This document shows positions 39,649 through 48,157 of a DNA stretch of 64,000 nt, piece by piece; the first letter of the stretch is position 1; the number at the start of each line of letters is the position of its first letter. Source of the DNA: a virus; the IMG/VR virus record IMGVR_UViG_3300031857_000018, positions 64,001 to 128,000 of that record; one strand, given 5' to 3'. The notes below the pieces were generated by a model, which worked only from the letters and a program-made list of their open reading frames with translations, was not told the origin of the DNA and ran no database searches. The position numbers and the translations under genes were made by a program.

Positions 39649-40389
39649 TTACAGGTACTGTTCTAGCAGTTGGATCCCCGGTAGCTTGGCCATTTCGGTC
39701 TCTGCCTGGCGAACCAGCTGTCGTGCTCGTTCTCCTGTCACTCCCATTTCCTCAGCAATCTGATCCATACACTGTGCATACTCACGCCCAATGCCATAGA
39801 AGCGAGTCAATGCCTCTCGTTGCTTGGGTTTAAGCTGTGTCATCGCTCTTTGTAGGTCGTATTGGAGATCTGCTGTCTCACGTGCGGATTTCACAGCATC
39901 TGCAGCCAAGTATCGATCCGCATAGGTTTCTTTGTTCTCATCATCGCCTACCGGAGTGCTGATGCTTTTGATATGTTGCTCCTCAGTTGCTGTCTTGTGG
40001 CTAGGGATCCTTACTACTCTGGATAAGTCATTCAGAGCCTTTTGGATCTCTGCTCTGACATACCATACCGCAAAGGTAATGAACTTCACACCCTTATCCG
40101 GATTGAATCGTTCTGCGGCTTCGAAGAGTCCAATGTTACCAAACGCAATGATGTCTTCCAACAAGAGTCCCATTCCTTGATACTGCCGGGCTACCTGCAT
40201 CACAAACCGAAGGTTGCTTTCAACCAGGATGTTAATGGCTTTGCGGTTACCTGCCTGAGCGGCTCTGCCTAACTCTTTCTCTTGTTCGCGGTCCAGGTAT
40301 CCAAACTTCTTAATCTCCTGCATATATTTCTGCGTGCTAGCAACATCCGTTACTATTGCTCCATTACTTACGTGAATCTTTTTTCCCAT
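39649..40389 (-). CDS. Sigma-70 family RNA polymerase sigma factor
   Basis: Region 1.2 YMQEI, region 2 LVESNLRFV...GNIGL..AAERF.P.KG.KFITFAVWYVR, region 4 IAEEMGVTGERARQL. Confidence 0.93.
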   Translation of the reverse strand: MGKKIHVSNGAIVTDVASTQKYMQEIKKFGYLDREQEKELGRAAQAGNRKAINILVESNLRFVMQVARQYQGMGLLLEDIIAFGNIGLFEAAERFNPDKGVKFITFAVWYVRAEIQKALNDLSRVVRIPSHKTATEEQHIKSISTPVGDDENKETYADRYLAADAVKSARETADLQYDLQRAMTQLKPKQREALTRFYGIGREYAQCMDQIAEEMGVTGERARQLVRQAETEMAKLPGIQLLEQYL

Positions 40390-40494
40390 AACCTCTTTGT
40401 CTATCTCTTGTTAATTCGTTTGCTTCTTGCCACATTATCTTGATACAAGCGACGCACACTAACCCGAATGTCGTCGCCACTAAAACACCGGATA

Positions 40495-40692
40495 TCATTT
40501 CCCGGTGCTTAAGAATTTGAAACTTACTCGGATCGGCTTCTCAACCTTTGCGCGGTACTCTGCGTTGCGCTCTCCTTGCTTCTTTGCTTGTGCTACAGTG
40601 GTAGTGTTACCTCCTGCCTTTGCATCTCTCTGGAACTGACCCATTACCGCTCCTTGTCTTTCGAATCCTGAATTTCTGTCTTTCTTTGCCAT
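40495..40692 (-). CDS. Early basic hypothetical protein
   Basis: Own promoter; probably co-transcribed with the sigma gene. Confidence 0.6.
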   Translation of the reverse strand: MAKKDRNSGFERQGAVMGQFQRDAKAGGNTTTVAQAKKQGERNAEYRAKVEKPIRVSFKFLSTGK

Positions 40693-40757
40693 CTCTCTTA
40701 TTATTTAATTTCTATACTTAAAGATAATGAATTAAACCATGCGTGTCAACCTTTTTG

Positions 40758-40997
40758 TTAACTTTTTTTAAACTTTTCTAAAACTTTTTTTGCAGTGGGA
40801 GGCGCTATGCTGTTAGTGAGTGCTTTGTATTGCACTATATCTAATCTAGCTTCCACATTTGCTAATGCAACTCCCACTTCGTCATCCTGCTGAAATAAAT
40901 CAAATGATTCCATAGCCTTCCTCAATTCCGTAACGGTTGTTCTTAAGCTTCTAATTTCATTTCGCAAATCGTTGATTTCTTTAACTTCTTTTTTCAT
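40758..40997 (-). CDS. Early coiled-coil hypothetical protein
   Basis: Own promoter and leader. Confidence 0.6.
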   Translation of the reverse strand: MKKEVKEINDLRNEIRSLRTTVTELRKAMESFDLFQQDDEVGVALANVEARLDIVQYKALTNSIAPPTAKKVLEKFKKS

Positions 40998-41079
40998 ATC
41001 TCTCTTTTAAATTAATACTTAAATATAAGGAATAAATCAATGCGTGTCAACCTTTTTCCAAGAAAAGTTTAAACTTTTT

Positions 41080-41454
41080 TTACTCGAATACTCGCACTCG
41101 GCCGGATTGGAATCCATTACCAGCCTTTGTTGTTTTAAACTGACACCATATTGAAAACTCATTTCCGTCTTCCACCCACTCCACGATAGCATCCAATCTG
41201 TCAATGATGCGCTGCAGCTTAGCTTCGGTTAGCAATCCACTTTCCAATAAAGGTCGGCAACCAAACGATGCACAACCTCTAGCTTCATTCGCCGCAATCC
41301 GGATCTTTTGTGGGACTAGCTCTTCAATCGCAGCATCTAGTGCCTCATCATCAACCTGGAATGTATCATATCCGGTTAATAGTTTCGTGTACTGTGCTAC
41401 TGCATACTCTGCCATTGCTTCAACGGCTCCTGGAATAAATTGTGTCTTTTTCAT
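41080..41454 (-). CDS. Early hypothetical protein
   Basis: Own promoter and leader. Confidence 0.65.
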   Translation of the reverse strand: MKKTQFIPGAVEAMAEYAVAQYTKLLTGYDTFQVDDEALDAAIEELVPQKIRIAANEARGCASFGCRPLLESGLLTEAKLQRIIDRLDAIVEWVEDGNEFSIWCQFKTTKAGNGFQSGRVRVFE

Positions 41455-41515
41455 ATCTCTTATTTTAATACTTAAAGATAAGCAAAATAATGTTCGGTGT
41501 CAACCTTTTTGCAAA

Positions 41516-41704
41516 CTATTTTTCAGGAATCTCATCTGAGTCATACATCTCGAATTCTCCCGGACCACCTTCTTCGACAAATGATTCCTGGAACCCGTGC
41601 CCGTTTTGCACCAATGCCAATGCTTCCTCTTCGGTCTCAGCAAAGATCTCATAATACTGGATTACCGTTGTTTTGATGCGCTCTTCGAATCTAAATACTT
41701 TCAT
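41516..41704 (-). CDS. DpnD/PcfM-like small acidic protein (start reassigned to 41704)
   Basis: YEIFAETEEEAL; similar to 45285..45467. Confidence 0.5.
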   Translation of the reverse strand: MKVFRFEERIKTTVIQYYEIFAETEEEALALVQNGHGFQESFVEEGGPGEFEMYDSDEIPEK

Positions 41705-41956
41705 TGGTTTATTTTTTAAAGTCCTGATTATAAATGTTGCTGATGCTAACAATCAGCGCTAAAACTAAAACTATTCCTACTACCTCCATGACTCGTCGTT
41801 TGGTGGCCAAAATGATATTTGCCACCACCCACCTGCGATTCGAGTAAGCGGTCCTGCTGTGTACCCACCCGATGGGTATTTGTTCATTTCGCGGGTAAGA
41901 TCCCGGAACAACTCGGCTCTGTCATTTGATTGTAATACTATCATTGTCTCTTATTT

Positions 41957-42205
41957 TTAGTTTATTACCTCAGCCCAACTGCGTGTGAATCCACCCTCAA
42001 TCTCATTGTATGACTTGTTTAAAGCCGTTACCAATGCTGTGATGCTTTTCGGCTTCCGATTGATTTTATGATTCCAACTGTTGCCACATTCCAGGGTGTA
42101 TCCAAACACATTGCCTACTAGGTACTCAACAGTACCCTCATAAATCGTTTCCCGGGATCCTGACATCCCTGACTTCGTAATCTTAACTTTAAATGATTTT
42201 GCCAT
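41957..42205 (-). CDS. Early hypothetical protein
   Basis: Own promoter and leader. Confidence 0.65.
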   Translation of the reverse strand: MAKSFKVKITKSGMSGSRETIYEGTVEYLVGNVFGYTLECGNSWNHKINRKPKSITALVTALNKSYNEIEGGFTRSWAEVIN

Positions 42206-42265
42206 ATTTCTCTCTTTTTAATTTTATTAAAGATAAGCATTTTTAGATTAGGATCCTAATCTTTT

Positions 42266-42475
42266 TTAAACTTTTTTTACAATTCCTGCTGCTAAAAGTG
42301 CCTGGATAAGCTCCTCATTCGGCACAAAGCCATTCGGCATAAATTGATCCAGGTAAGTGTCGGTTACTGGTGCCTCCGCATCCAATTCCTCATTAAACTC
42401 GGCTTCCAGGATCCCTTCCAGGAACTGCGCTAGCTCTGCGGCTAGGGTAATGTCAATCTTAAATTCTCTTTCCAT
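42266..42475 (-). CDS. Early acidic hypothetical protein
   Basis: Own promoter and leader. Confidence 0.6.
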   Translation of the reverse strand: MEREFKIDITLAAELAQFLEGILEAEFNEELDAEAPVTDTYLDQFMPNGFVPNEELIQALLAAGIVKKV

Positions 42476-42529
42476 TTCTCTCTTTTAATTTATATAAAGA
42501 TAAGCAAAATAACCATGCGTGTCAACCGT

Positions 42530-42739
42530 TTAGGCAACTTTTTTCAAAAAATATTTCAACTCATATTGAGCTGAGATCGGATCCTCATCATATGCTCCTC
42601 CGGCCCACTCGGCTACAAATGCACGAAACCCATTGGAATTCTTTGTGTTGATGTCAGATGCTTTAGCTGCTGCTAATTCTTCCGCGGAAAAAGTAACCCA
42701 TGTACTCAATTCCAAAAACATGTCATTCAATGTTGTCAT
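42530..42739 (-). CDS. Early hypothetical protein
   Basis: Own promoter and leader. Confidence 0.6.
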   Translation of the reverse strand: MTTLNDMFLELSTWVTFSAEELAAAKASDINTKNSNGFRAFVAEWAGGAYDEDPISAQYELKYFLKKVA

Positions 42740-42790
42740 ATATCTCTCTTTTTAATGATACTTAAATATAAGAATAATTCTGATAGGATC

Positions 42791-42985
42791 CTAATTTTTA
42801 GGCAACTTTTTTAATAAAGTTCTTCGCTTTGCTTTTAGCTTGCGGATCTCTAAACGGCGCAGGTATGGTCCGTGGTTATAGGTGCTTCCTGCCCAAGCCA
42901 TCGTCCAAACCGTGTTGTCGCGCTGAAGGCATTCAATGTGATGATCGATGCGGTCTATTGCATCCTGGATCTCTTTTGGTGTCAT
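42791..42985 (-). CDS. Early hypothetical protein
   Basis: Own promoter and leader. Confidence 0.6.
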   Translation of the reverse strand: MTPKEIQDAIDRIDHHIECLQRDNTVWTMAWAGSTYNHGPYLRRLEIRKLKAKRRTLLKKLPKN

Positions 42986-43066
42986 ATCTCTTATTTTTTA
43001 TAATACTTAAAGATAAGCAAAATAACCATGCGAGTCAAGCATTTTGCAAGAAAAGTTTAAACTTTT

Positions 43067-43372
43067 TTAATAATCATTTTCCAACAAAAATGCCTTGACG
43101 GATCCGGATTTATTTGCAATTAAATTTTCCATTTCTGCAACACTGCCGCGGAAATAAAATATTCTCGACTTCAAGCCCGGCACTCGGATTTCAATGCGCT
43201 GATATAATTTCTTCCACCACCCGCGTCTCAGCATATCCGCATATTTTTTATTTGGATCCTTTGATGTGTTTCGGTCATACCCAAAAACTTCGCGCTGGAT
43301 CCTGGTCTCGGATGCTAACACGGTTAGGTCCAAAAAATCAACAATCTGGTTCACTGAATTTCTTTTTGTCAT
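43067..43372 (-). CDS. Early hypothetical protein
   Basis: Own promoter and leader. Confidence 0.6.
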   Translation of the reverse strand: MTKRNSVNQIVDFLDLTVLASETRIQREVFGYDRNTSKDPNKKYADMLRRGWWKKLYQRIEIRVPGLKSRIFYFRGSVAEMENLIANKSGSVKAFLLENDY

Positions 43373-43450
43373 ATATCTCTCTTTTTAATTTTATTAAAGA
43401 TAAGCAAAATAATATTAGGATCCTAATCTTTTAGCAAAAAAGTTTGCTGG

Positions 43451-43849
43451 CTAATTAAAGCCAACAAACCCTTTCTCTAACACAATATCTAATTCCTCTG
43501 CAATCTCTTTGAGGCGGTAATAAGCAGCCTCCTCAATCTCATCCTCAACCGTTTCTGCCACTTGGCCAATTGAATAGCCAAATCCAAATCCATAACAGGT
43601 AACAGCTTTCTGGATGCGGATCATTTCCTCAGATGCAGCGTTCTCCCAATCCATTACTAAAAAGTCTGCTTCATAAAAGTCATCCTCATCCGTTTCTTGT
43701 GAGCGCTCACATTCATCAAATGCTGTGGCCCACAATGTGTGCACTTTAGCCTTTACTACCTCAGCCACCTCATCATTGTGGTCATACATTTCGCGGCTCC
43801 ATGGTTTTGTGATTTGGATCCCGTACTCTACTTTTGCTGCTTTTTTCAT
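43451..43849 (-). CDS. Early acidic hypothetical protein
   Basis: Own promoter and leader. Confidence 0.65.
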   Translation of the reverse strand: MKKAAKVEYGIQITKPWSREMYDHNDEVAEVVKAKVHTLWATAFDECERSQETDEDDFYEADFLVMDWENAASEEMIRIQKAVTCYGFGFGYSIGQVAETVEDEIEEAAYYRLKEIAEELDIVLEKGFVGFN

Positions 43850-43929
43850 ATTCTCCCTTTTTAATTTATATAAAGATAAGGTTTATTTCCGTGCGTGTCA
43901 ACCTTTTTGGTAACTTTGTTTGAACTTTT

Positions 43930-44172
43930 TTAATCCTCATCCTCATATTCGCCAAACTCAAATTCACATTCATCAATTACTTCTTCGAAGCACTGTGCTA
44001 GCCGATCGGCTTCAGCATCACTTAATTCTGCCTCATCCAAAAAACGATCAAACACTCCTATTAATCCTTCGCTTTCAATAAAGGAATCCATTAATTCTAA
44101 TGCCGAGTCTCCAGCTACATCTGTAAAGTTGTAAATTCTCCCGTACAAGTCTTGCAATTCTTCTCTTTTCAT
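43930..44172 (-). CDS. Early highly acidic protein (possible DNA mimic)
   Basis: Very D/E-rich 80 aa; own promoter. Confidence 0.6.
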   Translation of the reverse strand: MKREELQDLYGRIYNFTDVAGDSALELMDSFIESEGLIGVFDRFLDEAELSDAEADRLAQCFEEVIDECEFEFGEYEDED

Positions 44173-44246
44173 ATTTCTCTCTTTTTTTTAATTTTAATAA
44201 AGATAAGGAAAAGATCAACGCGAGTCAACCTTTTCCCAAAGTTTTT

Positions 44247-44375
44247 TTACATATTTTTTAAATGCTTCAAAAACAATTTTTTAACTTCGGCGTCTGACAT
44301 TGCGCTAAGCGTGTCAAAACTAATTCCGCATACATAGTGCAACATGTGCTCGTGCTTTTCTCTTGGTGTTTGCAT
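44247..44375 (-). CDS. Early hypothetical peptide (42 aa, not in ORF track)
   Basis: Promoter + AATAAGAGAT-ATG; MQTPREKHEHMLHYVCG... Confidence 0.55.
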   Translation of the reverse strand: MQTPREKHEHMLHYVCGISFDTLSAMSDAEVKKLFLKHLKNM

Positions 44376-44473
44376 ATCTCTTATTTTTTAATTTATATAA
44401 AGATAAGAATAAAAACCATGCGTGTCAACCTTTTTGCAAGAAAAGTTTAAAAAAAGTTTCTGAGGAATATTAT

Positions 44474-44841
44474 AAAGAAAAAGGATCCCAGGAATAAGAG
44501 AGAGAAACCCGGGATCCATTCTAACACAGAGACTAGCTCTGCCTTACCTAATGCGGCCGATCCGCCGGGAGTGTCTTTCGAGCACTAGGATCCCGGACCC
44601 TGTCAGCCTTTGAGAGATATGTTGTTGGCACGTCTGATTTGTATTGCTACATCACAACCAGATTAAGATGCTACTTGATCACGTGCCTAAGTTGATTCTA
44701 AATAAAGAGCCGGAGGTGTTAGCTTAGTGCTGTCCCTGAGGAGTGCGAAGCTTGTGGTTACCGGCTCTTAATATTATGTCGTGATCCTTGCGGTCGCCTC
44801 TCTTACGGCATTTGGTTGGATCAACCTTCCTTCTTATTTAC
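44474..44841 (-). ncRNA. Putative structured non-coding RNA (~370 nt)
   Basis: Promoter TTGGAA(44876-44871)-N17-TATAAT(44853-44848); consecutive stems; 10-bp terminator stem with U-tract at 44474-44517; no ORF of 60 aa or more. Confidence 0.7.
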
Positions 44842-44883
44842 TTTTATATTATATGAAATCTAAATCTAGATTCCAACCTCGAT

Positions 44884-45780
44884 CTAAATATTATTCTAAA
44901 AATCAATCTAAATATACATGTATATCGGTCTAAAAATAGACTAGGTGGTTACTCTGTATAAGTACAGAACCGAACTAAAACCCGTCTAAAAGCACTTTTC
45001 TTCTAAAAATAGGACTAAAAATAGAACCGGATTCGATCTAAAAATAACCTAGAATTGGACTAAAAATAGCGGGGAGGAGCTGGATCCTTCTAAAAATAAG
45101 AGGTATTGGTCTAAAAATAGAACCGGTTCCTTCTAAAAATAAACGCCCCTAATACGCGTGATCGAACATATACACACTATATGCACGGATCCTTCTAAAA
45201 ATAAGGTACTCCGTATAGCTAGTGATCTGAACGATCGATCTAAAAATAGCGGGGAGGAGAAGCGGATATCGATCTAAAAATAGCCTATTCGTCCTCAGTC
45301 TCTTGCACATCAACTTCCATGTCCCCATGGGACTGTTCTAATTCCAATTCGCCCGAGCTAAGCTGTTCCCAGGCTATATCCTCAGCCGCTTCTTCCGACT
45401 CTGCCTCAATCTCAGTCTCTGCATACGCATATGAAACGCTCGACACTCTAATTATATACTTTGCCATATTCTAATTATATACTCTAAATATAAGAATAAT
45501 AATTCATATATCCTAGCATTTTGTTCTAAAAATAACACGATATTGGTCTAAAAATAAACCGGAAAAGGTTGGATATTCGAATAACCTTTTTACGCACTTC
45601 TAACGAGGTCTGCGTCGTTACTGGTAACTGTATATGCCTGGTGCCGCGATATAGAGCCTATGCCCCCCGTACTTGTTGTATTGGGAGGGAGATATATATA
45701 ACCATCTTCCTTTCTGGATACTAGACACCATTTCGTCTAAAAATAAACGGGTGCGTCTGCGTATTTTAATCTAAAAATAA
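44884..45780 (+). repeat. Array of CTAAAAATA direct repeats
   Basis: 15 exact copies at 44930, 45003, 45015, 45038, 45060, 45090, 45111, 45133, 45195, 45240, 45274, 45526, 45548, 45737 and 45771, plus degenerate copies. Confidence 0.92.
45285..45467 (-). CDS. DpnD/PcfM-like small acidic protein
   Basis: EIEAESEEAAE; TAGGAT-N17-TATATT promoter upstream. Confidence 0.55.
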   Translation of the reverse strand: MAKYIIRVSSVSYAYAETEIEAESEEAAEDIAWEQLSSGELELEQSHGDMEVDVQETEDE

Positions 45781-45845
45781 CAAGGGGATGCTGAGGAAGC
45801 TGTAGTGCTAGACACTGGGCTCACACTCTGACAGGCTACTACTAA

Positions 45846-46088
45846 TTACTGCATATAGCTTGTGATCACTTCTCCTACCATGTATGCTGCTACTCCTATC
45901 ATGCCTATCACGCATATAGCTATATAGCCTAAGAATCCTGCTAACATGTACAGTTCCCAGCTAGTTGGTTCACGTCGCGTGTCTGGATCTATTAAGGGCA
46001 TCATTACTCTGCCTACCAGGTACGTGATGCTTAATATTAAAGCTATCGTTGTTATTCCTAGTATTGTCTTCATTATTATCATTTGCAT
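45846..46088 (-). CDS. Small two-TM membrane protein
   Basis: Two hydrophobic helices. Confidence 0.55.
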   Translation of the reverse strand: MQMIIMKTILGITTIALILSITYLVGRVMMPLIDPDTRREPTSWELYMLAGFLGYIAICVIGMIGVAAYMVGEVITSYMQ

Positions 46089-46156
46089 TATTTTTCGTTA
46101 GAAGCTTATCCGTAACCGTACTGCTTTACTAATTAGTTTGACAACCGGTTATCATT

Positions 46157-47245
46157 TTATTCATAGTTCCTGATTGCCGTTACCTTCGGGAAGCGTGGCT
46201 TTCCATCCGGTGTGATTTGAAAATACTTAACCGTTGCTTGCTGACCAACCAACGTGTCTCGCTCTGCCCACAATTCTTTGAGATACTCCCAACCGCCATT
46301 AACCGATGCTGTGAAGCGATCTCCGATGGCTGTTTCAAATACTAAGGCACCTACCATTCCTGACAGGTTGCCGTTGCCTTCTTCATATCCGACAATAGTA
46401 TACTCTTCGTCTGTGAATGATTTGTGTTTCATCAGTGACTTGGATCTTTTGTTTTCATAAGGTGCATCTAACCGTACCATTTGTCCTTCATATCCTGCAG
46501 ACATATACTCATTGTATAATTCCATTAACTCAGTTTCAGATTCAACAAAGTCTGTAAACACAACCACACAACACGCCGGCAATGACATTTTATTCAATGC
46601 TCCGTTCCTAACGGAAAATGGTGTATGGTGTGATGGTAGATCATATACATGATATTGGATAACCGCGGCGCTGTCAATAAGATCCTGAGCCGTTGGTTTT
46701 GTCTTTTTAACTAGGGACACAATGGCATTAAAATCATTTGCATACTTATCCGCATACAACTCTCCGTCTAGGATCAACTCCGGATCGGCTTCAAACAATG
46801 GCTTTAGGCCTTCGAAGATGTGTGGTGCTGAAATGATAGGTTTACCTGCTCTGGTCCACATACCATCGGCACGAACAATGCAACGAATGCCATCCAGCTT
46901 AGGTTGTGAATACACAGGGTATTGTACTTTGTCTGCGAAGTCTTCCCATTTGTGGGCAAGCATTGGCTTGAACATTGTGCCGCTATCTACTGCTGCAGCA
47001 TCGGCAAAGTAGCCACGCTCGGTGCGCTTCTTCCATTCTGCTTTGGCTTCTGTTAAGGCTTGTTCCTCCGGTGAGGACTCATTCACTTTGCCAATGTTCT
47101 TGGCTTGGCAGAAGGTCCATTCGGTTGTGGTGATTGCTCCGTCAACATATCCGGAGTGAGTGCGGTAAGCATCGCCCATTACTTCGATGGTGTGCTCGAG
47201 TAATTTACCTGTGGTTGCTCTTTTGTACAAGGTCTGTAATTTCAT
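46157..47245 (-). CDS. lig: ATP-dependent DNA ligase
   Basis: PMLA, motif I QPKLDGIRC, LDGELY, YHVYD, YEGQMVR, KRSKSLMK.K and PRFP. Confidence 0.93.
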   Translation of the reverse strand: MKLQTLYKRATTGKLLEHTIEVMGDAYRTHSGYVDGAITTTEWTFCQAKNIGKVNESSPEEQALTEAKAEWKKRTERGYFADAAAVDSGTMFKPMLAHKWEDFADKVQYPVYSQPKLDGIRCIVRADGMWTRAGKPIISAPHIFEGLKPLFEADPELILDGELYADKYANDFNAIVSLVKKTKPTAQDLIDSAAVIQYHVYDLPSHHTPFSVRNGALNKMSLPACCVVVFTDFVESETELMELYNEYMSAGYEGQMVRLDAPYENKRSKSLMKHKSFTDEEYTIVGYEEGNGNLSGMVGALVFETAIGDRFTASVNGGWEYLKELWAERDTLVGQQATVKYFQITPDGKPRFPKVTAIRNYE

Positions 47246-47308
47246 GTCTCTTATTTTTATACTTTAAATATAAGAATTATTTTTCATATATCCTAGTATT
47301 ATTCTAAT

Positions 47309-47962
47309 TTAAATCCACATAGCATGTTCTGTATATAACCGTAGTTGATGTTGATTAATGTATGGAGCTAATACGTGTTGCGATGTCGGCGTAAGCCTAA
47401 AAGTCCATGTTCTCCATACACGTTCATAATGAAAATGAATATCAACAGGAATGTGGGTTCGTTGTGGTTTATATTCTAATTCAACCGGATAGTATGTATC
47501 AGGTGTTGCATTACTAGGAAACAAAGTAAACCATCGATACGTGCACGGAACTCCTGCAGTAATACCCATCAAACCTTTTGATATCTTCAAGCAAATTAAT
47601 CGTTTCTGATCGAACGATTCCATTGGTATATCAATATTCCTATCCGCAATATTTAATCGACCATGTTTTTCAAACTGCGTAACATCTAATACCATTGAAT
47701 CTCGCGCCGGCTTGGATACACTTAAAAAATGTGAAATGATTCGATGGTTTGGTAATATGTCATCGAATAAAATCTGTTGCACCTTAGGGTACGTCGACGT
47801 TTGCATCGATTGTTCAACCTTTGAATACAGATCCGGATAGAATGCAGAAATAAACCGTTCAGCACCCTCGAACACAACTGGTTCTAACATCTCAATTTCT
47901 TTATGCTTTGCATCAAATGTCGCCGGATCATATACCGGTACTCTGAATTTCATTGAACTCAT
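47309..47962 (-). CDS. Hypothetical protein
   Basis: 217-aa ORF in operon. Confidence 0.55.
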   Translation of the reverse strand: MSSMKFRVPVYDPATFDAKHKEIEMLEPVVFEGAERFISAFYPDLYSKVEQSMQTSTYPKVQQILFDDILPNHRIISHFLSVSKPARDSMVLDVTQFEKHGRLNIADRNIDIPMESFDQKRLICLKISKGLMGITAGVPCTYRWFTLFPSNATPDTYYPVELEYKPQRTHIPVDIHFHYERVWRTWTFRLTPTSQHVLAPYINQHQLRLYTEHAMWI

Positions 47963-48157
47963 CTATTTGCTATTAAACCATTTTTTATAAACCTTGTTGT
48001 CTTTAATTGCAGGTGGTCGGTGACGGAGGTTAGGATCCGCCTTCATTATGCGATTGTATGCATCTTGCATATTCAGCGCCGCTTTGTTCTGATATGGCAC
48101 ATGTTCTTGCCGCTCATTATCAAAATTCTTATTTGGCTGAATTGCACTCATACTCAA
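47963..48157 (-). CDS. Hypothetical protein
   Basis: 64-aa ORF abutting the next gene. Confidence 0.45.
   Translation of the reverse strand: MSMSAIQPNKNFDNERQEHVPYQNKAALNMQDAYNRIMKADPNLRHRPPAIKDNKVYKKWFNSK

Larger units (their letters stand above)
35719..44460 (-). promoter_or_regulatory. Array of 18 near-identical early promoters with shared GAGAGA leader
   Basis: A-tracts, then TTGAC(A/T) (11 copies) or TAGGAT(CC) (7 copies), N17, TA(T/A)(C/A/T)TTTA. Located near 35.74, 36.85, 37.73, 38.54, 38.88, 39.19, 39.59, 40.72, 41.02, 41.47, 42.23, 42.49, 42.76, 43.01, 43.39, 43.87, 44.20 and 44.40 kb. Confidence 0.88.

Noticed and set aside
35719-44460. Intergenic repeats as attC/integron cassettes or CRISPR repeats
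   Set aside because: They resolve into -35/N17/-10 promoters plus leaders, lack attC-type inverted core sites, and no integrase is seen.
44690-44775. Twister-like ribozyme in the 44.5-44.8 kb RNA
   Set aside because: Fragments (CCGGU..CAAGC, CUAACAC) resemble twister, but I could not build the P2/P4 stems and pseudoknots; cmscan is needed.
44884-45780. CRISPR array
   Set aside because: The repeat is only 9 bp, spacing is irregular (12-73 bp within clusters), some spacers recur, and no cas genes are visible.
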